This document shows, in pieces, positions 18,718 through 26,958 of a stretch of 64,000 nucleotides of DNA. The notes under the pieces were generated by a model. That model made no database searches. It was not told the origin of the DNA and was given only the letters and a program-made list of their open reading frames with translations. Made by a program: the position numbers and the translations under genes. Positions within the stretch are counted from its first letter, which is position 1. The number at the start of each line of letters is the position of its first letter. Source of the stretch: Candidatus Pacearchaeota archaeon (GTDB lineage Archaea > Nanobdellota > Nanobdellia > Pacearchaeales > JAPDKA01); contig JAWBVE010000005.1 in assembly GCA_038840695.1 (NCBI GenBank), forward strand, positions 586 through 64,585. The letters are read 5' to 3'.

Positions 18718-21700
18718 ATGAAAGACAAAAAAGAAGCAAAACAGTTAATTGCAATTGCAATCAGCCTAATTTCAGTGCTCCTGCTAATCGATCTTGCGGG
18801 AGCGCAGAGCTACTATACTTTCAATCCAAATCAGATTTATGGAGAAGAGTACAACACGCTTTTTCCAGGCGGCATCGGAGCTTATTGTAATACAACGCAA
18901 AATTTTCTAGTTTATGTTGATCCGCTCGAGGGCTGCCAGCCAGCTGTTGTTAGATCTGATCTGCTGGAAGAGCAGCCTGTGAATGTCTTCTGCAAGCTAA
19001 AGACAATAAATCTCAATCCTTTGCTTCAAAGTATATACATAAAGAATGTTAATATAAAAGTGGAAAATAAGAGTGACATTGTTAGAGGTGCAACTTTTCA
19101 TTTGCCTTATATCGGCGAGAGGCCACTTGTTAATGCCTTTAAGCCAGGCTTTAAATCTGGAATTGCTTATTGGGACAATTTAGGCTATGCAGTCATTATG
19201 CTAAAGCCAGAGCCAATCGAGAGAAAAATTCCTGAGCGAGCAGACGTTAATGCATCAATCGAGATAAGATATACAGCAAGCTATCTTTTTGGTATAGAGA
19301 AGAATACTTTTGATTTGCCAAAACTTAGTGATGCCGAATTTAGAGCAAGATACAATCAATTTAGTTTTTTTAATGGCAAGGGCTTTATAAGGGCTGTTGA
19401 TATAAGGCCGGAAAGTGCTGATGTGCTCGTCTATAAAGACTCCCCAAATGATCCAACGCCAATTCGTGTTACATTGCCTAAAAGAAAGCCGGTGCCCATT
19501 GGCTTCTGGGGCTTTTTCTGTGACAATCAAAATTTCGAACTTGAGCTAATTTCTTCTGAGCTTCCTGTAACAAAGGCAAGGCTAGTAATAAATAATGAAG
19601 AGTTCTTGCTTGGTAGGCTTGAGAAGGAGGCTGGATGTGAAGTGTTGAGTATAGATGAAGGCATTTTTGGAGGAGGTAAAGTTAGGCTTGAGTGTGGTGG
19701 CGAGCTCGTCGAGCTTGAGCTATTGCCTCTTTCAGTGCATCTAGTTAAGGATAATGTTGAGTATGTTTATGGCCTTGGCGAAAGTTTCATAATTGAGGAA
19801 CAAAAAAAACAAGAGCAAGAAACAGAGCAAGCGCAGCAAAAAAGGCAAGAAGCGCCAGAATCGCAAGAAAAGAAGGCAAGGATTGCTTATGTTATTTATG
19901 CTGATAAACGCAAGAAAGAAGCCTTGTTTGCTATTTCTGATGTACCTTTGCAAAATGAAATTATAGAAGAAATAGTAAAGATTGCAATTGATAAGAGCGG
20001 CGTTAAAAATAATGTTACGGCTGAAATAGCTTCAAGAAAGATAAAAGTTGACATAGTGCAGGCAAGCGAGAAAGGATATAAAGTTATTGATGTTGCAGGA
20101 GTTATTAATGTGCCTCTTGACCAAGAAACAGAAAGTTATTATCAAGAGGCAAGGAATAAGTATGAAGAGCTATTTTTTAAATATAAAGATGAAAAGGATG
20201 AAAGTGGTGAGTATATAGGGGCAAGGGCACTCTACTTACTTGCAGAGCTTGCAGGAAAAATTGGCAAAAATGCTGACAAAGCTCAAATCCTAAAAAAGCT
20301 TGTTGATAGCTATAGTGGCACTGATTCAGGACTTGTAAGTAAGGCTATGGCAGAGTTAAAATCAGTTTCCTATTATGATGGCGAAAAAGCAACAGCAAGC
20401 ATTTCAACTCCTGAAGGAATTTTTGTTGTTCAGCTTAAAGCCATCGAAGCGCCGAGAAGTGATGCAATATATGCAAGGCTAAAAGTGAATGGCATAGAAG
20501 GCAAGTATAGCTTAAAAAGTGATTTGGGTGAAGGTTGGATAATAAGTCAGATAGAGGAAAGAGGAATAAAGATAAAGAAATTTAATTATAGCTTAGGCTC
20601 TGTAACCAATGAAATTTATTTAGCTGTTGGCGAGAAAGAAAGACTCAGCGAGAAGCTTGAGATTGAACTTCTCGAGACAAAGCTTGAGAGAGTGGCTAGA
20701 GTTGTTGTTAGGCCTCCTGCTCTTGAGTTTGTTGCTGAATCCAATTTTTCTATACACATAGGAATAGAAAAGCGTGCAATTCAAATAGGCACTGAGAAAA
20801 CAAAAGAGTATATAAAAAAGCTTAATAGAACAATTGCAACATTGCAATCTATTAATGATAAGTTAACAAGCTTAATTAAAGGATGGAAAAAGGCATGCTA
20901 CATAGGTGGAACTGCACTATTCCTAAAAAATTTCTTGCAGGGGCTTGGTGGCAAGGCAACTGCGAGGCGGCTTGCGATGAGGGGCTTTGATGGCAAGGCT
21001 GGTTGGACTGAGTGGTGCAGGCAGCAAGTTAGCAATAAAGCTTATAGAAGCATAAGTCAATGTTTAAGAGAGAATTCAAAAGAAATAGAGAAGGATGTTA
21101 ACAAAATAAGCTCTAACCTCAAAACCATAAATAGCCAAATAAATGCTGCAAACAATGCTTGCAAAGATAAGAAGGGGCAAGAGGCAAATGAATGTTTCTT
21201 TAAGCAACTTAAATTTAATAAAATAGAGTGTGGAGGAGCACAAGCGCAAGAAAAAGAAAAATGCGAGAAAGCAAATAACTTTATTGCAAACATATCAAAG
21301 CTTGCAAATTCAGGGCTATATTATAAAGAGAATGCAAAAGATCTTTTGCTTCAACTTAACTTAATTGAATGTGTTGACTGCTCTGATACAATAAAGCAAC
21401 AAGCGCGAGAGAAGCTTTATGCTGATGCAAACTTTTATTTAAAACTTGCAGAACCAACAGCCTCTCTTGCTCAAGAGCATCTTATCTTTGCTGGTTCTCT
21501 CGGCAAATCAATAGAGCTTGTGCCTCAAACAGTGCAATGGACAACACTAATTGGGAAGCAGGAGGATAGTCTGCGAGTGAATAATGGAGGAGGAACAATC
21601 CAGAAGGGCACAGAATACTTTATAGCTGACATAGCTGGCTTGGGCTTGCATTATTTTGTCATAGGCCGTGAGCCAGGAAATATTCCTGTCATAAAAGAGG

Positions 21701-24700
21701 TTTATAAGTATGAAATTAAGAAGGGGGAAGCTACACTGTCAACGCCAGAAGCTTGCAATCAAATAGCTAAAGAACTTGGAAAGAATGATTGCTTGAATTA
21801 TCTTAGAGAAAAGCTAAGGATTGTTGAGAGCGAGTGTGGCATGGCAATAAAGCAGCAATTTTTGAGAGCAGAATTCTATGAGAGTGGGCAATGGAGAGGA
21901 AAGCTAGCTTATATGCCTCTCAACAGGCTCGAGCCAGGCCTTTATGTCTATATTCCTGACGAGTTCAAAGTTAAGAGCTATCTCGAGAACGGCATGCTCA
22001 ATGTCTTTTGGATATGCGACGCAGGAGCAAACGGCATTCCTGACCTAGCTCTTTATAAGCAGCCAGGAGATGATAGCTGCTTTAGAATAGACATAGAGGC
22101 AGGATGGCAGGCTTTAGGGAATAGCATAATATGCCAGGAAATGCCACAGCTAAGGCTCGGCAACATCATTCAACAAGTTCAGAGCTGTGTTGCAGATGCA
22201 AACAGACAAAAGCGCGAGGGAAGGCCTGTAATTAGCACGAGTTGCAATGGTGCTATTAAAGTGGAGAAAGCAGTAAATATACCTTCTGTGCAATGTGAGG
22301 ACTTTATGTCAAGCAAGGACTGCTGGCTTCTCTTTAATTTGTGTGATCCTGTGCTTTGCCCTCCTTCAAGATGTGATCTCGGCGGGAGATATCCAACAGA
22401 GAATGTTGTGGCTAGCGGCATCATAGGAAGCTTAGTTCTATGCTTGCCTAATTTCGAAGGAGGCAAAGGAACTCTTGTGCCATTTTGCTTAACAGGCATC
22501 AATGCTGGCTTGGATGGCTTGATAAGTATACTAAAGGCTAGTCAGGATTGTTTAAATGAAAGCTTGGCAAGTGGCAGAACAGTAGGCATATGTGATCAAA
22601 TTAGGAGCATATATCTTTGTGAGTTTATGTGGCGTGAGCTCATGCCTTTCATAAAAATTGGAATTCCATCAATTTTAGAGCGCATAGAAAGGAAGGGAGG
22701 AGGAGAATATGCGCTTTTTGCAGATACATGGAGAAGAACAACTGATAGCTTCAATTATTTTGTTCAGTATTATGGCACTACTGCAATTGAGGCATTTAAA
22801 ATAAGGAGCACTGCTGAGGTTGGCTCAATGCTATGTAAACGCTTTATAGGCTTAAGATATCCTAGCGTAGCAAGCTTGCTTGAGGAACTTGCTAAGCCAG
22901 AAAGTCCTTATCAGTTTTTTGCCACAGTCACAGAGCTTCCATATACAGAAGTAACAGCACCACCACAAAGCCACTACAAAGTTTACTATCATATCTATGC
23001 TGGCAAGGATCAAGGAGTTTATTATAGCGTTTATTTAAAAAGCCCAACAGTATACCCTGGCTATTATAGCCCTGAACAATATATAGTTGATACTGGATTT
23101 ATTCCAAGAGGCGATCAAAAGGATGTTAGCAAGGACTTTACGGCTCAGGCAGGCTATAAAGAAATTTGTGTTAATATAAATGCTAAAGAATATTGTGGCT
23201 TTAATGTTGTGACACAGAGCTTTGCTGCAAATTGGTTACAGGATAAATACTTAGAAAGTCAGCTAATGAATGTTACAAAAGCCAGTGAATGCACTGCAGG
23301 TAGACCAAGTTTGATACCAACTGCAAGCATATTAAATTTGCAAGCTGGCATAACGCAAGCATTGGAGCCAGCTATATATAAACAGGGAATAGTTAGAATG
23401 TGCTCAAGCAAGAATCCTGGCATAGGCGTTGAAGAAGCCTCTTGGGCACCTGTTGGCTATTGTGATAGTCCAGAAATAAAATGCTGGGTTTATATGCCAA
23501 GCATAAGCCAAGCCATAAAGGATGTTGGCTTTGTAAATCAGACAATAAAAAGTCTTGATGAGGCAAGGCGGCTTGAGCAGGCAAAAGCGATATTTGGCAA
23601 GGAAACAGAATTTATGAAAGCAGAGCAAATCGCAAGCTTTGCCGAAGCTCTTGACAAAAAAATTGGAGAGAATGATAAGATAATAAGCGAAATTGAGGAC
23701 GCGATCAGTGCAAGCAATGAGAAGAGAGTAGGAGAGCTAACCAAAGCCTTAAGCGAAAACAAAAAGCTAGACGAGCTCAAAGCCTTTATTAATGAAAAAG
23801 AAAGGCAGCTCATCTTAATTCTAGACCCCGAGTCACTGAAAAAAATAGAAATCAAGCTTGCTCAGCTCTTTGGCCAGCTCACCTTGCTAAAGTACTATGA
23901 AAAAAATGCGGCTAAGCTGGTTGAAAAGAGGATAGAAGAGGAGAGGGAGAGGGAGGGGAAGAAGGAGGGGGGAGAGAAAAAGGAGGAAGAGGAGATAGAA
24001 GAAGGAGAAAAGGGTAAAGTAAAACTAAAACCACTAGAAGAAAAGCCCCCTACCCCTAAAGTTGAAAAGAAGGAGGTAGTGAAATTAGGCCTACCTACGG
24101 TGAGAGAGAAGATTAAAAGTTGTAGTATTAGGAAAAAAGGAGCAAGAATAGAATTTACTTTCAACGAATCAATCGAGATAAAAGCGCTCATAGGAGGCAA
24201 TGTTACTAAAATAGCTACTCTTGGTAAAGATGAAGTAGAAGTTAAGAGTGAAGTAATAACAAAAATGGAAGCTGAAAGCAAGGTTATTTTAATTGAATAC
24301 GGCAAACTAGACAAAGCCAACGATAGCATAAAAGGAGAGCAGAGCATAAAAGAGGGAACAGTAATTGGAAAAAGCAAGCAGCTTTATTTAACATTGATGG
24401 AAGGAAAAGTAGAATGGAGTGAGCTACTTACAGAGGAGACATGGAATTACATAGAAAGAGGATGTCAGGCATTCGAAGCGCTTCTTTTCGTTGGAAAACC
24501 TGGTAGCCCTTATTCACGTCAAGGCCAGACAATTGAATATAATGATACCGAAACTGAAATTTGTCTGGTTTTTTTTGATCCAAAAACACAAATTTATTAT
24601 AATAATAAATCCATCTCTATAGAACCGCATTTATGGAGTGCCGCAAAACCAATTTCTACAGAAGTTTTACCTTATAGCATAACCATAACTTGGGAAGTGA

Positions 24701-25650
24701 TTTTACCAGTATTAAGGAAACCAACTCCAATTTTGTTTAAAAACTTTTATAAAGCAAGAAATATGAGTAAGGGACCAGATAGCCATTGGATAAAAATTAA
24801 CAATACTTATTATGAAATTATTGAATATAAGCATGAAGAGATGAATAAGAATAATAATCAATGGTGCATAAAACCTATAAATGAGAGTAGTGGGACATTC
24901 TGGTATAGGGCTCTTGGAACAATTATTATTAATGATAAAGAATACCATTTTAATACAGGCCCATATTTCGCAGATGAAAAGAATGATTGGAAAGGCCTAA
25001 TTTCTTCAGTTTATTTGAAGAATTTTTTAAGCAAGAGCGACTATTACAAAATTGAACCAGAACAAAATTGTGGAGGGGATATTTGCGCAGGCTTGTTAAC
25101 CATAGATCCGTCTAAGGCAATGCGAGTAAGCAGGAAATCTAATTTTTCAAATGAGCATCCAGAATTGTGCAAAAATAACAAAATTGGCTGTAAGCTCATA
25201 GAAACTGCAGAAAGCTTTTACAATGTGCCATATGTTTTCAGACATCCTCGAACAATATGCCCAGTGAATAGTGGGCACTATATTGCAAGTGATTTTATTG
25301 TAAGTGATTTAGGCTTAGCCGCAGATTGTGGAACTTTAGTAAAATCTGTTTTAGAGATGAATAATATTAAAAAAGTTACTGAGTTTGTTAGGGATACATG
25401 GAAAAATTTGCAATCAATGTCAATTGCGAATGGAATTTATGTAGGAGACATATTTGAAATACCACATGGAGCAGCATTTGTTTATAATGATAGTGATAAT
25501 GATCCAGGCACAATAAAACCTAACGATAAGCTTTTAGCTATGAGCAAAGAGTATGGTACTGTAGCAACCAAAGAAATAGAAGACATTGAATTTATTAAAA
25601 ATGAGACTACTGTAACCATATCGACTGCCAGAAATATTAAAAAACAATAA
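18718..25650 (+). CDS. Giant secreted, modular Cys-rich surface protein (2310 aa) with a C-terminal papain-like (NlpC/P60-like) module
   Basis: Single uninterrupted 6.9-kb ORF. Signal peptide MKDKKEAKQLIAIAISLISVLLLIDLAGA|QS. E/Q-rich linker (~19795-19880). Cys-rich core ~20890-23490 (e.g. CWLLFNLCDPVLCPPSRC, ECVDC). Coiled-coil/charged stretch ~23550-24110. Degenerate LytM-like segment ~24120-24410. AT-rich C-terminal region with PYVF...ADCGTLV...GDIFEIPHGAAFVY (Cys2204/His2250). Confidence 0.85.
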   Translation: MKDKKEAKQLIAIAISLISVLLLIDLAGAQSYYTFNPNQIYGEEYNTLFPGGIGAYCNTTQNFLVYVDPLEGCQPAVVRSDLLEEQPVNVFCKLKTINLNPLLQSIYIKNVNIKVENKSDIVRGATFHLPYIGERPLVNAFKPGFKSGIAYWDNLGYAVIMLKPEPIERKIPERADVNASIEIRYTASYLFGIEKNTFDLPKLSDAEFRARYNQFSFFNGKGFIRAVDIRPESADVLVYKDSPNDPTPIRVTLPKRKPVPIGFWGFFCDNQNFELELISSELPVTKARLVINNEEFLLGRLEKEAGCEVLSIDEGIFGGGKVRLECGGELVELELLPLSVHLVKDNVEYVYGLGESFIIEEQKKQEQETEQAQQKRQEAPESQEKKARIAYVIYADKRKKEALFAISDVPLQNEIIEEIVKIAIDKSGVKNNVTAEIASRKIKVDIVQASEKGYKVIDVAGVINVPLDQETESYYQEARNKYEELFFKYKDEKDESGEYIGARALYLLAELAGKIGKNADKAQILKKLVDSYSGTDSGLVSKAMAELKSVSYYDGEKATASISTPEGIFVVQLKAIEAPRSDAIYARLKVNGIEGKYSLKSDLGEGWIISQIEERGIKIKKFNYSLGSVTNEIYLAVGEKERLSEKLEIELLETKLERVARVVVRPPALEFVAESNFSIHIGIEKRAIQIGTEKTKEYIKKLNRTIATLQSINDKLTSLIKGWKKACYIGGTALFLKNFLQGLGGKATARRLAMRGFDGKAGWTEWCRQQVSNKAYRSISQCLRENSKEIEKDVNKISSNLKTINSQINAANNACKDKKGQEANECFFKQLKFNKIECGGAQAQEKEKCEKANNFIANISKLANSGLYYKENAKDLLLQLNLIECVDCSDTIKQQAREKLYADANFYLKLAEPTASLAQEHLIFAGSLGKSIELVPQTVQWTTLIGKQEDSLRVNNGGGTIQKGTEYFIADIAGLGLHYFVIGREPGNIPVIKEVYKYEIKKGEATLSTPEACNQIAKELGKNDCLNYLREKLRIVESECGMAIKQQFLRAEFYESGQWRGKLAYMPLNRLEPGLYVYIPDEFKVKSYLENGMLNVFWICDAGANGIPDLALYKQPGDDSCFRIDIEAGWQALGNSIICQEMPQLRLGNIIQQVQSCVADANRQKREGRPVISTSCNGAIKVEKAVNIPSVQCEDFMSSKDCWLLFNLCDPVLCPPSRCDLGGRYPTENVVASGIIGSLVLCLPNFEGGKGTLVPFCLTGINAGLDGLISILKASQDCLNESLASGRTVGICDQIRSIYLCEFMWRELMPFIKIGIPSILERIERKGGGEYALFADTWRRTTDSFNYFVQYYGTTAIEAFKIRSTAEVGSMLCKRFIGLRYPSVASLLEELAKPESPYQFFATVTELPYTEVTAPPQSHYKVYYHIYAGKDQGVYYSVYLKSPTVYPGYYSPEQYIVDTGFIPRGDQKDVSKDFTAQAGYKEICVNINAKEYCGFNVVTQSFAANWLQDKYLESQLMNVTKASECTAGRPSLIPTASILNLQAGITQALEPAIYKQGIVRMCSSKNPGIGVEEASWAPVGYCDSPEIKCWVYMPSISQAIKDVGFVNQTIKSLDEARRLEQAKAIFGKETEFMKAEQIASFAEALDKKIGENDKIISEIEDAISASNEKRVGELTKALSENKKLDELKAFINEKERQLILILDPESLKKIEIKLAQLFGQLTLLKYYEKNAAKLVEKRIEEEREREGKKEGGEKKEEEEIEEGEKGKVKLKPLEEKPPTPKVEKKEVVKLGLPTVREKIKSCSIRKKGARIEFTFNESIEIKALIGGNVTKIATLGKDEVEVKSEVITKMEAESKVILIEYGKLDKANDSIKGEQSIKEGTVIGKSKQLYLTLMEGKVEWSELLTEETWNYIERGCQAFEALLFVGKPGSPYSRQGQTIEYNDTETEICLVFFDPKTQIYYNNKSISIEPHLWSAAKPISTEVLPYSITITWEVILPVLRKPTPILFKNFYKARNMSKGPDSHWIKINNTYYEIIEYKHEEMNKNNNQWCIKPINESSGTFWYRALGTIIINDKEYHFNTGPYFADEKNDWKGLISSVYLKNFLSKSDYYKIEPEQNCGGDICAGLLTIDPSKAMRVSRKSNFSNEHPELCKNNKIGCKLIETAESFYNVPYVFRHPRTICPVNSGHYIASDFIVSDLGLAADCGTLVKSVLEMNNIKKVTEFVRDTWKNLQSMSIANGIYVGDIFEIPHGAAFVYNDSDNDPGTIKPNDKLLAMSKEYGTVATKEIEDIEFIKNETTVTISTARNIKKQ

Positions 25651-25677
25651 GAATAAAAATAAATAATTATTTAAAAT

Positions 25678-26325
25678 TTAAAAAATGTCGTAGGATTTCT
25701 TATATTCTTCTATGTCTTTTTCCTCAGGCTTAGGTTTTTCTCGCTGTTTAGGTTTGGAAGGCACGTAAAATTTAGCTTCTGGAGTTGGACACGGTGGGCA
25801 TGATGGGCATTGTGGGCATGATGGGCATTGCGGGCAATTTACTATGCAAGGTAGTTGCTGAGCTGGTTGAGTTGGTGCTTGATAACAAGGTTGAGCTGGA
25901 GTTTGCGGCTGAACTGATTGGGCAGGTTTTTGCTTTTCTGGCTGAACAGGTTGAACAGTAACATTTTCATATCTCTTTTCTTCTCTTCCTTCAGGAGTTT
26001 CTACAGCTACTTTTGCATACTCTGATATAACTCTCGCCGCAGTTGCATCACTTGGAAAAAAGCTCGTTGTTGCTGGTTGTGGATATTGCTCGCATGGAAT
26101 TTCTTTTATGTCTTTTACTCCTGTAAGAGGATTTATAACAGTTTTGTAACAGACATCAGGAACTTTAAATTTTTTTTTGATATCAACTCCATAAGAATTT
26201 TCTATTACTATATTTTCTCCTTCATACATCACAATAGGTTTTTTCACAGCGCATCCCATGCCTATTCCTCCGAGTATTCCAGCGAAGAGCAAGGCTTCAA
26301 GTGTTTTTTTAATTTTGCCTGCCAT
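25678..26325 (-). CDS. Putative lipoprotein/secreted protein with P/Q-rich region and CPxCPS repeat
   Basis: 215-aa ORF. N-terminus MAGKIKKTLEALLFAGILGGIGMGC is a signal peptide ending in a lipobox-like Cys. The C-terminal half is P/Q-rich and contains NCPQCPSCPQCPSCPPCP. Confidence 0.6.
   Translation of the reverse strand: MAGKIKKTLEALLFAGILGGIGMGCAVKKPIVMYEGENIVIENSYGVDIKKKFKVPDVCYKTVINPLTGVKDIKEIPCEQYPQPATTSFFPSDATAARVISEYAKVAVETPEGREEKRYENVTVQPVQPEKQKPAQSVQPQTPAQPCYQAPTQPAQQLPCIVNCPQCPSCPQCPSCPPCPTPEAKFYVPSKPKQREKPKPEEKDIEEYKKSYDIF
25786..25836 (-). repeat. In-frame 18-nt tandem repeat encoding CPQCPS x2 plus CPPCP
   Basis: The plus strand tggacacggtgggcatgatgggcattgtgggcatgatgggcattgcgggca translates codon by codon, on the minus strand, to CPQCPSCPQCPSCPPCP. 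Confidence 0.95.
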
Positions 26326-26418
26326 ATTTTAGTATATTTTTACCCTTTAAAAACTTTTCGGTTGTAACTACTTATAAGTTAACATAAGAAAAAGCTGTCT
26401 TTGCGCTTTGCTTTGCAG

Positions 26419-26502
26419 TGCGGGGAAGAGGATTCGAACCTCTGAAGGCACTAAGCCAGCAGGTCTTGAGCCTGCCCCGTTTGTCCACTCCGGCATCCCC
26501 GC
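26419..26502 (-). tRNA. tRNA-Leu (anticodon CAA), class II with long variable arm
   Basis: Reverse complement GCGGGGATGCCGGAGTGGACAAACGGGGCAGGCTCAAGACCTGCTGGCTTAGTGCCTTCAGAGGTTCGAATCCTCTTCCCCGCA. Acceptor stem GCGGGGA/TCCCCGC, anticodon stem GCAGG/CCTGC with loop CTCAAGA, variable arm stem GGC/GCC, and T arm AGAGG-TTCGAAT-CCTCT. Confidence 0.92.
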
Positions 26503-26546
26503 AGCCTTATAAAATATGTTTTTAAAGTTAAAAAGTTTTTTTGTTT

Positions 26547-26951
26547 ATGACGAAAGTGGAGAAAATTTTTATTTCAAAAGAGGCCTTGATTAGACAAAGC
26601 AAGGATAGATTTGTTACCGAGCATCTTGCAGATTTTTTGGATGAAATCAGACTAATTGCGCTTTCCGAAGGCAAAAGGCCAACAGAAAGAATAGGCGAGT
26701 TTAACATAAGCCCAAGAGGGCATACTAAAATTAGAATAGCCTGGCATCGAGAAGGCGAGGATATCTATATTGACGATTTTTTATATCATAAGGGAGAAGA
26801 TTATGTAGATAAGTGGAATATAAAAGCAGCAAAAGGAAAGATAACAAGAAAAGATTATAGCAGTTATACTAAACTTCCCATAAGTGCACTCCTTAAAGAT
26901 AATAAGCCCGACGTAGAAAGTTATAAAAATTTTTTGAGACAAGCAAGTTAG
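26547..26951 (+). CDS. Hypothetical protein (weak RelE/ParE-like C-terminal pattern)
   Basis: The track ORF begins at a TTG (26541), and an ATG lies at 26547. The segment HTKIRIAWHREGEDIYIDDFLYHKGE loosely resembles the RelE/ParE beta-strand motif (yRiiY...i.I..i.hr). No partner gene lies in operon orientation. Confidence 0.3.
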   Translation: MTKVEKIFISKEALIRQSKDRFVTEHLADFLDEIRLIALSEGKRPTERIGEFNISPRGHTKIRIAWHREGEDIYIDDFLYHKGEDYVDKWNIKAAKGKITRKDYSSYTKLPISALLKDNKPDVESYKNFLRQAS

Positions 26952-26958
26952 TAGTTAA

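Noticed and set aside
23895-24377. Long antisense ORFs inside real genes. Examples are 23895..24377, 23538..23855 and 22179..22502 in the giant gene, 31338..31784, 7297..7569, 7636..7905, 45359..45820 and 46594..47007.
   Set aside because: Each lies opposite a gene with strong motif support. The products are S/L/F-rich mirror images of K/E-rich coding sequence.
26547-26951. Whether the YIDD motif in the 26547..26951 product indicates a reverse transcriptase (DGR or retron).
   Set aside because: The protein is only ~135 aa and lacks the other RT motifs. No template/variable repeat pair or ncRNA-like structure is evident nearby.
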